Part shown: positions 8,967 through 17,422 of the stretch, piece after piece | Position numbering within the stretch: position 1 is the stretch's first letter | Layout: each line of letters opens with the position of its first letter | DNA from: Akkermansia muciniphila | Lineage (GTDB): Bacteria > Verrucomicrobiota > Verrucomicrobiia > Verrucomicrobiales > V1-33 | Assembly: GCA_945861415.1 (NCBI GenBank) | Contig: CAMAUV010000008.1 | Coordinates: 2,944-66,943, forward strand | Direction of reading: 5' to 3' | Length of the DNA stretch: 64,000 nucleotides | Translations under genes and position numbers: made by a program | The notes under the pieces: generated by a model | Told to the model about the DNA's origin: nothing | The model's database searches: none | What the model saw: the letters and a program-made list of their open reading frames with translations, nothing else

Positions 8967-10634
8967 CTACCTCAGAGCCGGCGTGGTCGGCGCGGCCTTG
9001 GTTGCCGGTTTCACCCTGGTCCTAGTTGCAGGCTTAGTCTCCGGCTTGTTCGCCTTCGTATCCGCCTTCATGGCGGGGTCCACCGTGGCGGGTTTCGCTG
9101 CAGGATCTCCTGCAGGTGCAGGTGCGGAAGAAGGTGCCGAGGTGTTCTTGCCGCCCGAGGCGACAAACGCTTCGGCGATCTTGATTTGCTCGGAATTCAG
9201 GCTCTTCTTGAGTTTTTCCAGACGCTCCTCAGCTGGCTTGTAGCCGCCGTTGGAGGCGAGATGATACTGCATGTAGGCTTGGCGGTAGTCAGCCGGAACG
9301 CCGCGGCCGTTTTCCAACATTCCACCTAGGCCAACCATAGAGGGCAAGTGGCCTTTCCCGCCGAGCTCTTTATAAATTTTAACGGCCATCTCGTAGTTCA
9401 CGAACCCTGCCTCTCCGGACTCTAAGATGGAGGCGTAATTCACCGATGCATTCGGATCGTTGTTTTGCATTGCTCGCTCCAGCCATGCGAGCGCCGCTTG
9501 GGTGTCCTGCATCACTCCTTTGCCCTCACGATAGCGGAGGGCGATCCCGATCTGCGATGGGACGAACGCCTTGAGCGCAGCTTTATAAAACTGACCGAAG
9601 GCTGCTTTATCATCCTTTAAGAGACCGCCTTTGCCTTCTTCATGGAAGATGCCGAGATTGTGAATACACACGGGGATTTCTTTTGCCGCACCTATCTTGT
9701 ACCACTCGAGCGCCTTCACTTCGTTTTTCTTGGTGCCGATTCCATTTTCGTTCAAATAGCCGAGCTTGTTGATGGCATCAATGTCTCCCTCGGCTTCCGC
9801 CTGGGCGTAAAGCTCGAAAGCTTTCTTTTCGTCTTTGGCGAGGCCGATGCCGGTTTCATATACCGCTGCGAGGGCGGTCTTGGATCCCGGAACATTGGCG
9901 GCGATCGCTTTTTCGTATAACGCCTTACCTTTCTCCGGCTCGGCTTTGATCCCTTGGCCGGCTACCAGCTTGGCGGCCAGTCGCAGCATGGCACGCTGGT
10001 TGCCTTTATCCGCGGCGGTCTGGAGCAGACTGGTGGCCCTCGCCTGATCAGCCGTGACACCGGTGCCGTTTTCATACATGAGTCCGAGTGTGAGACTGGC
10101 ATCGTCATCACCCGCGTCGGCAGCTCGCTCAAACCACACACGGGCCTGATCTAAATCGCGCGCGATACCGGCAGGCTGCACGCCATCGAGGAACATCTGG
10201 CCCATGCTGACTTGGGCGGGGGAATATCCAGCATTGGCCGACTCCTCCACCAGAACGATGGCCGCCTTTGCGTCCTCCCCGAGTGCGAGACGCAGCAGGC
10301 CGAGATTGTTTTTGGCACCAGGGACTCCATCTTCGGCGGCCTTTTCATAGGCGGCCTTGGCCTTATCATTGCCCTGCTCCGGAGCGAGTCCAGAATGGTA
10401 GAGAAAAGCCAACATGAAATTTGCCTCCCCGCTCCCCGTGGCGGCGGCAACTGAGATTTCCTTAAAGATGGGCTCAGCGTCTTTCTTGTCTTTCAGTGTC
10501 CGCAGTTTTTCCGCGGCAGCCTTCACCACGGGTTCCTTGGCAATTTCAAACGGCTCAACAAAGCGCGCCCGTGCTGTGGTGGCGACAAATGCGATGGCAG
10601 CAAAAATTGGGCAAAGCTTGAGGCGGAGATTCAC
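8967..10634 (-). CDS. Secreted Sel1-like repeat protein
   Basis: Signal peptide; about 10 SEL1 repeats (e.g. LGLMYENGTGVTADQARATSLLQTAADKG); Lys/Pro/Ala-rich C-terminal tail. Confidence 0.9.
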   Translation of the reverse strand: MNLRLKLCPIFAAIAFVATTARARFVEPFEIAKEPVVKAAAEKLRTLKDKKDAEPIFKEISVAAATGSGEANFMLAFLYHSGLAPEQGNDKAKAAYEKAAEDGVPGAKNNLGLLRLALGEDAKAAIVLVEESANAGYSPAQVSMGQMFLDGVQPAGIARDLDQARVWFERAADAGDDDASLTLGLMYENGTGVTADQARATSLLQTAADKGNQRAMLRLAAKLVAGQGIKAEPEKGKALYEKAIAANVPGSKTALAAVYETGIGLAKDEKKAFELYAQAEAEGDIDAINKLGYLNENGIGTKKNEVKALEWYKIGAAKEIPVCIHNLGIFHEEGKGGLLKDDKAAFGQFYKAALKAFVPSQIGIALRYREGKGVMQDTQAALAWLERAMQNNDPNASVNYASILESGEAGFVNYEMAVKIYKELGGKGHLPSMVGLGGMLENGRGVPADYRQAYMQYHLASNGGYKPAEERLEKLKKSLNSEQIKIAEAFVASGGKNTSAPSSAPAPAGDPAAKPATVDPAMKADTKANKPETKPATRTRVKPATKAAPTTPALR

Positions 10635-10738
10635 ATCGGTCCTTTCACCGACAGACTGCGGGAAGTCAAATGCGGTCCATAGTCCTGCCTCCTCCCCTGC
10701 CCTTCATCAACTCCTTACGCTTCCTTTAGCCTGTCGCC

Positions 10739-11308
10739 TCAGCCGGGGATAGCCCCCGGAGGATGATCCCAAAGTCCGGCAGCATGGACAAAGGTTCGCA
10801 GCACCAGTAGGCTGGCCACTGCATCGTAGAGAGCGTCGTGGAACTTCAGTCGCGGGCAAAGCGCGTCTAATTCTAGGCTAAATCCCAGCGCTTCCGCGAG
10901 GGCCTCCAACGAGTAGTCCGGCAGTCCCGGCCACGCCCGCCGGGCCAGCGTCAGTGTGTCGACCCACGGTCCAAAACCGTGCACCGGAAACAACCGGAGG
11001 AAGCGCTTTTCCGTCCCGGCCGAATGAGCCACCACCACGCGGCCCGCGAGCCGGTTGCGGAACTCCGGCCACAGCGCCGACATTTCCGGGGCACAGTGCA
11101 ACTGCTCTGTCGTGATGCCATGCACCCTCCTCGCCGCCCATGTGACACTCCGGCGCGGATTGAGATAGCTGCGAAAAAACGTGTCAACCATCATCTCAGG
11201 ACCCTTCATGCACGCCATGCCCGCCTGCACCGGAGCATCCGTCTGCCCCGGGGCTTCGCCCGCGCTTTCAAAATCGATCGCCGCGAAAATGGTGTCGCTT
11301 ATGGTCAT
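10739..11308 (-). CDS. 3'-5' exonuclease, DEDDh/DnaQ family
   Basis: ExoI IDFESAG, VHGI, VVAH, ExoII-region WVDTL and ExoIII HDALYDA. Confidence 0.9.
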   Translation of the reverse strand: MTISDTIFAAIDFESAGEAPGQTDAPVQAGMACMKGPEMMVDTFFRSYLNPRRSVTWAARRVHGITTEQLHCAPEMSALWPEFRNRLAGRVVVAHSAGTEKRFLRLFPVHGFGPWVDTLTLARRAWPGLPDYSLEALAEALGFSLELDALCPRLKFHDALYDAVASLLVLRTFVHAAGLWDHPPGAIPG

Positions 11309-11424
11309 TCTTTATTGAGTTAAAGGGTCTCGCGGAATTGGCAATGCGCAAGACTTGCGGGTGCCGACTTTTCCGCGTTGAGTAAAAGGGATTCCTGTGG
11401 ATCGGTTCCGCCAGCCACTGTCCT

Positions 11425-12429
11425 ATGCGATTCACAACTTTCATCCTCCTTGCCTCTGCTGCCTGCGGTCATGCAGAGCCGGGAAACTATTACGCCAGCA
11501 CAGCCGAACTCTCAGGATCGGCGTTGCGCGCGGAATTGCACCGACTGGTGAAGGCCACCCACGTCCCCATGGACTACACCCCCTCGCGCGCGGCGCTTGA
11601 GTCTATCGATGAAGACCCGGCCAATCCTGCGAACCTTATCATGATCTATACTCGCCGGAGCGAACCAAAGACGAACTTTGTAAAGAGCCCGCCGCAAAAC
11701 ACCACGGAATGGAATCGTGAGCACCTCTGGCCAGACAGCCGCGGAATCCTGGGGAACGGAGCGGATTATTCCGACCTCTTCAATTTGCGTCCGGCGGATG
11801 TCACGGTGAACTCCGACCGCGCGAACCTCGCCTTCGAAGAAACCAGCACTGCGGGATCCGGGGCCGTCGTTCCTGGCAGCCCAGAGGCGCCGCAGACCAC
11901 CCGCGATGTCAACTCATGGGAGCCTCCTCCGGAGGTTAAAGGCGACATCGCCCGCAGTATGTTCTACATGGTTCTGCGCTATGATGGCGATGCTTCGCAG
12001 GAACTGGACCTCACGCTCACCGATAACATGGCGCTCGTCACGGGAAGCCAGCCCGTGATGGGCCGGCTCACCACCCTGCTGCTCTGGCATCTCGCCGATC
12101 CCGTAAGCCCGGAGGAATCTATCCGCAATGACCGCGTACAGGCGAGACAAGGAAACCGGAACCCCTTCATCGACCGCCCGGAATGGGTAAAAACCATCTA
12201 CGGCGACCCGATCGCCATGGAGAGCAGTCGCACGGCCACGCAACTTACCATTCGCTGGTGGGCAGGGCTGGAAAACGGCGTGCTGGAGACATCCCCAACA
12301 ATCAGTGGCTCTTGGACCACGGTCATCGGCACACCCACAGTAAGCGGCAATTCCGCCACGCTCATCACTTCCGCCAGCGCCGGGCGGCGGTTCTACCGTG
12401 TGCGGTATCGGGGGATTGAGTCGCCTTAG
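11425..12429 (+). CDS. Secreted endonuclease I / extracellular ribonuclease (EndA/Bsn-like) with C-terminal surface-protein-type tail
   Basis: Signal peptide; WNREHLWP, SDLFNLRP, NSDRAN, KGDIARSMFYM and QGNRNPFID motifs; ends ...RRFYRVRY. Confidence 0.9.
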   Translation: MRFTTFILLASAACGHAEPGNYYASTAELSGSALRAELHRLVKATHVPMDYTPSRAALESIDEDPANPANLIMIYTRRSEPKTNFVKSPPQNTTEWNREHLWPDSRGILGNGADYSDLFNLRPADVTVNSDRANLAFEETSTAGSGAVVPGSPEAPQTTRDVNSWEPPPEVKGDIARSMFYMVLRYDGDASQELDLTLTDNMALVTGSQPVMGRLTTLLLWHLADPVSPEESIRNDRVQARQGNRNPFIDRPEWVKTIYGDPIAMESSRTATQLTIRWWAGLENGVLETSPTISGSWTTVIGTPTVSGNSATLITSASAGRRFYRVRYRGIESP

Positions 12430-12438
12430 AATTCGCGA

Positions 12439-13440
12439 TCAATTCACCGTATCGCCCGGGAAAGGATCCGCGGTGAGACGCAGGTCCACTTCTTTGGCCA
12501 TCGGCGAACCCGGCAGCGGCGGCGGCGGGCGCGGAATGAACGTCGCGGCTGCGGTGGCTAGCACGCCGGCGGTGAGTGTGGCAGCAACGGCCATCCCCTT
12601 CCGACCACCGGGGGGACGTGGCACATAACTAAGGATGCTGCGCACGCGCTGTTCCAATCCAGGACCGGCCATCGCGGCGGAGAGCATCGGACGGTCGGTC
12701 ATGTGGCGGAAGCGGTCGGCGATATCGATGAGGTGCATGGCGTAGCATTTGGGCGCGACGCCGGTGCTCAGCACTAGGGCATCCGTAGCGGTCTCGCGCT
12801 CGCGCATCCAGATGCGGTGAAGCACCCAGACGAAAGGATTGAACCAGTGCAGCGCGCAGGCCAAGTAGCCCAGCGTGGCCATGCCCGGATCGCGGCGTTT
12901 GAGGTGAGCAAGCTCGTGCAGCAGCACCATTTGGAGTTGCTCAGTGCTCCACTCCAGTGCGTCCTCCGGCAGAAAAACGGTGCCGCGCCAGAAGCCGCAG
13001 GCCGCCGGCATTGTGCGCCATTTAGTCAGCCGCACTTCCGGCACGGCAGGAAGGTCCAGAATCATGGCTGCCTCGCGCGTCTCGGCCATGATGCGCATGT
13101 TAGTCGCCCGCGTCGAGCGGCGCAGCCATTGCTGGAGACGAATCCAACCAGGCAACAGGCGACCGGCCACCAGCAAAAACCCCGCAGCCCACACCGTGAC
13201 GGGTAGTTTCCACGATACCGTGAATGCAGCCACGCTATCCACTGCCGTAGCAGCCCGCGGCATGGTCACTTCCCAGCGCGGGAGAAACAGCCCCAGTGGC
13301 AGAGCCAGCAACGCCAAGAGACCAAACGCCGCAGCCACCGTGCGCATTCGCCCACGTAGTTTCCAAACAGCAAATGCGGCCGCGCCGCTGATGACGAGGC
13401 CACGGAGGGCGAGATCAAGGAAGAAAAGTGGCCAGTTCAT
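12439..13440 (-). CDS. M56 family metallopeptidase (BlaR1/MecR1-like) without penicillin-binding sensor domain
   Basis: N-terminal TMs; LLHELAHLKRRD, ALHWFNPFVW, ERETATD and LEQRVRSIL; final TM, Pro-rich linker and 20-aa tail. Confidence 0.92.
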   Translation of the reverse strand: MNWPLFFLDLALRGLVISGAAAFAVWKLRGRMRTVAAAFGLLALLALPLGLFLPRWEVTMPRAATAVDSVAAFTVSWKLPVTVWAAGFLLVAGRLLPGWIRLQQWLRRSTRATNMRIMAETREAAMILDLPAVPEVRLTKWRTMPAACGFWRGTVFLPEDALEWSTEQLQMVLLHELAHLKRRDPGMATLGYLACALHWFNPFVWVLHRIWMRERETATDALVLSTGVAPKCYAMHLIDIADRFRHMTDRPMLSAAMAGPGLEQRVRSILSYVPRPPGGRKGMAVAATLTAGVLATAAATFIPRPPPPLPGSPMAKEVDLRLTADPFPGDTVN

Positions 13441-13490
13441 AGGAGGAAGGCTAAAGGATGAAGGCTATGCGGGGCTAGTGACTGGGAAAT

Positions 13491-13982
13491 CTAATAAGAG
13501 GATCGAGTGAAGGAGTTTTCAGTTTTTGAGGGACTGTTTTTAAATTGCGGCTGACCATCGGGCTCAAGACCAGCCAACCTGAATGATTCGGCGACTACTT
13601 TGTTGTGAGTAGTGGCTCCACGCATCCGTGGTTCCTCTTCAGGGTCCCGTATCCTCCGCTCCCGTCTGCCAGCCGCCACATTAACCAGAGTGAAGTTCAT
13701 GCCACTTATCTCGCAATAAACAATCTTATCCCAGCGAACCGAATCAATCAGCCTTCTTAGTTGGGTCCCCTCGTAAGGCAGAACCTTTTTGACCAGCCCA
13801 GCCCGGTGCTGTCCTGCAGTTATGAACGTCAGTTTGAGATCACCACATGCTCTTACTTCAATCTCTATGGAATCACCTTGATCGTCAAAGCCGATCAGCG
13901 GCGAATCTTGAAAGGACGGCCAGTAGCCGTAAGTGGACGCCGCTTCTTCGTATCCCTTCAAGTATGTCTGGGCAGGCCACAT
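13491..13982 (-). CDS. Hypothetical protein, possibly Imm50-like immunity protein
   Basis: 163-aa ORF, visibly lower GC than its neighbours; YGYWPSFQD resembles the FGYWPSFHD motif I recall from Imm50-family proteins. Confidence 0.5.
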   Translation of the reverse strand: MWPAQTYLKGYEEAASTYGYWPSFQDSPLIGFDDQGDSIEIEVRACGDLKLTFITAGQHRAGLVKKVLPYEGTQLRRLIDSVRWDKIVYCEISGMNFTLVNVAAGRRERRIRDPEEEPRMRGATTHNKVVAESFRLAGLEPDGQPQFKNSPSKTENSFTRSSY

Positions 13983-13997
13983 AGTGCGGGGCGCAGA

Positions 13998-14387
13998 CTA
14001 CTTACCATCCGGCGCGGCGTTCACCAGTGCGCGGATGCGTTCGATTTCCCGGTCTCCCAGTTTTCCGTCATCCGGATCGAGCAGGGCGGCGACGAGTTTT
14101 TCGGCGGAGTTGTCGTAGAAGGTGTCGAGGAGGCGGCGGAGGGCGCTACGTTTGGCACGGTCAGCGCTGACGGTGGGCTTATAAATATACTTGCGGCCGT
14201 CGCGCTCGTGTTTGAGCACGCCTTTGTCCACTAAAATGGCCAAGAGGGCTCGCACGGCGGAATAGCTGGGTGGCTCGGGGATGTTCTCCTGAATTTCCTG
14301 CGCGGATGCCTTACTGAGCCGGTATACGACGTCCATGATCTGGCGTTCACGGCGGGAGAGGTGCTGATTGTCATTCACAGGAGTCAT
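13998..14387 (-). CDS. BlaI/MecI/CopY family transcriptional repressor
   Basis: LSRRERQIMDVVY, PSYSAVRALLAILVDKG, RKYIYKP and LRRLLDTFYDNS. Confidence 0.95.
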   Translation of the reverse strand: MTPVNDNQHLSRRERQIMDVVYRLSKASAQEIQENIPEPPSYSAVRALLAILVDKGVLKHERDGRKYIYKPTVSADRAKRSALRRLLDTFYDNSAEKLVAALLDPDDGKLGDREIERIRALVNAAPDGK

Positions 14388-14405
14388 TAAATTGTATGAG
14401 TATTC

Positions 14406-14518
14406 TGCTAAGTTTTAAGCAACAACTCGGCAACGTCAACCACTCGTCTCGACTTTATGCTAAAATGTTTAACAGAATTCCAGTTGACTCTTTCTGATTA
14501 ATGCTGAAATCTTAGCAT
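14406..14518. promoter_or_regulatory. Divergent promoter region with repeated operator-like palindromes TGCT-N8-AGCA
   Basis: TGCTAAGTTTTAAGCA (14406-14421), ATGCTGAAATCTTAGCAT (14501-14518) and degenerate TGCTAAAATGTTTAACA (14458-14474); -35-like TTGACG on minus (14434-14439) and TTGACT on plus (14484-14489). Confidence 0.7.
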
Positions 14519-14542
14519 AAAATTCCAACTCCTGCAACTTTT

Positions 14543-15382
14543 ATGCTCCGACGTTTTCTGTCACTACTCGCCGTCCTATCCGCCGCTGTCGTCCTTAGCA
14601 ACTGCGCCAGTTCCGGCGGAGCGCCTTACGCTTCTGCCGCAGTAGCGCGCTTCGGAGCAGACAGCTATTCCCGCTCCACGGAAGCCAGGCCAATGGTGGC
14701 ATGCGCCCCGCAGGAACGCTATGGCCTAGCCACCGTCTGGGGCAACAAAGTGGACGACAAGGCGAACAGCACCATCTTTGACCGCGACAGCGGCAAACCG
14801 GTAGGTGTGGCCAAAGTCTTCTACAATAACAACGCCGGTGCCTCCGCCATGGCCGGCTCCGACTACAGCTACAGCAATTCCTTTCGCGACTACGCCGGCG
14901 GCATTTTCCGCCTAGGTCTGCGCAACCACCGCGGTGCCGCGCTCTCCGCCTACCAGACCAACGGCAACCTCGTCTGCATCGGCGAAGAAGGCCAGCGCTA
15001 CTCCATGGAAGTGGAAAACCTCAGCAATCACCGGCTGGAATTTGTCGTCACTGTCGATGGACTGGATGTGCTCTCCGGCCAGTCCGGCAGCTTTTCCCGC
15101 CGCGGGTATGTGCTCGACCCCGGCGAGCGCCGCGAGGTCAAGGGCTGGCGCACTAGCATGAATGAAGTGGCCAGCTTTAAATTCGGCGGTGTGGACGACG
15201 CTTACGTGGGCAAAAAGACCGGCGATACCCGCAACGTCGGCGTCATCGGCTGCGCGGTCTTCTCCGAACGTGGGACCAATCCCAAGCCCTATGCCGGCAC
15301 CGACAGCTACCGCCGCCTGCGCGCCGATCCCTTCCTCGCCAGCCCAGTCGGCAGCGGGTTCGCAACCCCGCCGACGCGCTGA
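14543..15382 (+). CDS. Uncharacterised lipoprotein
   Basis: Lipobox LSNC; conserved-looking beta-rich domain (GQRYSMEVEN...VTVDGLDVLSG...GYVL...GWR...NVGVIGCAVFSE); C-terminal RRLRADPF...FATPP. Confidence 0.85.
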   Translation: MLRRFLSLLAVLSAAVVLSNCASSGGAPYASAAVARFGADSYSRSTEARPMVACAPQERYGLATVWGNKVDDKANSTIFDRDSGKPVGVAKVFYNNNAGASAMAGSDYSYSNSFRDYAGGIFRLGLRNHRGAALSAYQTNGNLVCIGEEGQRYSMEVENLSNHRLEFVVTVDGLDVLSGQSGSFSRRGYVLDPGERREVKGWRTSMNEVASFKFGGVDDAYVGKKTGDTRNVGVIGCAVFSERGTNPKPYAGTDSYRRLRADPFLASPVGSGFATPPTR

Positions 15383-15415
15383 ACCATTCTCTTGTAGCAG
15401 TAACCAGCAAAGCGG

Positions 15416-15462
15416 CCCGCCGGCTGAGATGAAGGCCCCCTCGCAGCCGGCGGGTTTTTGTT
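15416..15462 (+). terminator. Rho-independent terminator after the lipoprotein gene
   Basis: CCCGCCGGCTG / CAGCCGGCGGG 11-bp stem followed by TTTTTGTT. Confidence 0.75.
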
Positions 15463-15572
15463 CGTAATGATCACGCCTGGCAGGAACGCAATTCCTTCAG
15501 CCTGCCGGATAGGATAATAAAGCGGTACCGACGGCCCGGCGTCTATGCCGTCCAGCAGACAGCGACACTCTC

Positions 15573-16454
15573 TTAAACTACACCGAGCCCGGCCAGCACG
15601 CCGCGGAGTTCCTCGCGCTTCGCATCCGACATAGGCACCATCGGCAAGCGCAGATCGCCGCGCATCATGCCCTTCAGCGCCATAGCGGTTTTGATGGGCA
15701 CAGGATTAGTGTCGAGGCGCAGGAAGGCACTCATAAGCGCGTAATACTTGCGGTGAATGGCGCGCGCCTTCGCGTAATCCTCAGCGAGTGCCGCGCTCAC
15801 AAGTTCACTCATTTCCCGCGGGATCACATTGGAGGCAACGCTGATCACCCCTGTGGCGCCCACGGCCATAAAGGAGAGCGTGAGGCTGTCATCGCCGCTG
15901 AGCACTGTGAATCCCGGCGGGCACGCGGCAACCAACTGATTCACCCGCTCCACACTGCCGCCGGCTTCCTTCATGCACACGATGTTCGGACACGCCGCGG
16001 CGAGACGCACCGTGGTATCCACGCCAATCTCAATGCTGCTGCGGCCCGGGATGCTGTAGAGAATGATCTTGCACTTCGTGTTGTCGGCCACGGCCTTGAA
16101 GTGCTGGAAAAGCCCCTCCTGCGAAGGTTTATTGTAATAAGGGCACACTTGGAGCACTGCTTCGCAGCCGGCAGCTTCAGCGGCTTGAGTGAGTTCGATT
16201 GCTTCCGTGGTGCTGTTGCTACCCGTGCCACCGATAACTGGACCGCGGCCGCGCGCATACTCGACGGCCAGCGCGATCGCGCGCTTATGCTCATCATAGT
16301 CCAGCGTTGGAGATTCTCCAGTGGTGCCCACCGGCACGATGCCAGTGACGCCGTTGTCAAACTGGAAGTCGACAAGCTTCCGGAACGCCTCCGTATCAAT
16401 TTGATTATCGGGTGTGAAGGGAGTGACGAGAGCTGTGAAAGTACCGCGATACAT
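15573..16454 (-). CDS. dapA: 4-hydroxy-tetrahydrodipicolinate synthase
   Basis: TALVTPF, GTTGESPTL, GTGSNST, PYYNKP, catalytic KEA, LSGDD and NPVPIK. Confidence 0.97.
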   Translation of the reverse strand: MYRGTFTALVTPFTPDNQIDTEAFRKLVDFQFDNGVTGIVPVGTTGESPTLDYDEHKRAIALAVEYARGRGPVIGGTGSNSTTEAIELTQAAEAAGCEAVLQVCPYYNKPSQEGLFQHFKAVADNTKCKIILYSIPGRSSIEIGVDTTVRLAAACPNIVCMKEAGGSVERVNQLVAACPPGFTVLSGDDSLTLSFMAVGATGVISVASNVIPREMSELVSAALAEDYAKARAIHRKYYALMSAFLRLDTNPVPIKTAMALKGMMRGDLRLPMVPMSDAKREELRGVLAGLGVV

Positions 16455-16493
16455 GAGGAAGGATAGAGGATGGATGCTAAGGGCTAAACGGGA

Positions 16494-17306
16494 TCAGGCG
16501 GGCATTTTGATTTCGCCTTCAAAGACGATGTCTGCCGGGCCGGTGAGGGTGACATTGCTGAACGTGCCATCCGGGTTCTTGTCGAAGGCAATTTCCAGCG
16601 TGTCTCCACCCTTCACTTTGACCTTCACTGGCGAAGCCGCTCCGGCGAGCAGGTGATACACCAGAGCGCAGGACACCATGCCGGTGCCGCAGGCCAGCGT
16701 CTCGTCCTCCACGCCGCGCTCATACGTACGGATGGTGATGCCTTCCGGCGTGACTTTGAGGAAATTCGCATTCGTGCCTTTGGGCTGAAATTCCGCGTGA
16801 TACCTCAGCGCCGCACCCCACTCACGCACCGGCACGGCGTCGAGATCATCCATGATCACCACTACATGAGGCACGCCGGTGTTTAAAAAATGAACCGTCT
16901 TCTGCTGCCCGCAGAGATCGAGGGCGATATTCAACCGGAGCGAATGGGGATCGCTCATGGCGATGCGCACGTTGTCACCGTGATAGCTGGCTTCGATCAA
17001 ACCCGCAGGCGTCTCGAAGTCCACCTTTTCCAGAGACCATCCGCTCAGCATATTTGTAAACCGGCCAAAGCATCGCGCCCCGTTCCCGCACATCTCCGCC
17101 TCGCCGCCGTCAGCATTGTAATACCTCATGCGGAAATCCGCGCCGCTTTGCGCCGGTTCCACGGCGATCAATCCATCCGCCCCAACACCGTGATGTCGGT
17201 CACAAAGCGCCGCGATTTGCTCACGGCCAAGGTCATAGCGGAGAGTTCGGTTATCGATCATTACGAAGTCGTTTCCGGCCCCGTTCATTTTCCAAAAGTG
17301 AATCAT
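16494..17306 (-). CDS. dapF: Diaminopimelate epimerase
   Basis: KMNGAGNDF, GADG, EMCGNGARC, GVPH and ERGVEDETLACGTG; start placed at ATG 17306. Confidence 0.96.
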   Translation of the reverse strand: MIHFWKMNGAGNDFVMIDNRTLRYDLGREQIAALCDRHHGVGADGLIAVEPAQSGADFRMRYYNADGGEAEMCGNGARCFGRFTNMLSGWSLEKVDFETPAGLIEASYHGDNVRIAMSDPHSLRLNIALDLCGQQKTVHFLNTGVPHVVVIMDDLDAVPVREWGAALRYHAEFQPKGTNANFLKVTPEGITIRTYERGVEDETLACGTGMVSCALVYHLLAGAASPVKVKVKGGDTLEIAFDKNPDGTFSNVTLTGPADIVFEGEIKMPA

Positions 17307-17422
17307 GCGTTGGTTCCTAGGCATCCTCCGCGCCGGACTCAAGGGATTTCCCGAGGTGGCACCTTATCCGAAAATGCAGCCCGGGCTTGGCAGCGGGCGT
17401 AACTGGTGGCAACGCACAACAT

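Noticed and set aside
8967-9130. KPA/KPE repeats at the Sel1 protein C-terminus
   Set aside because: Ordinary low-complexity tail, not a DNA repeat element
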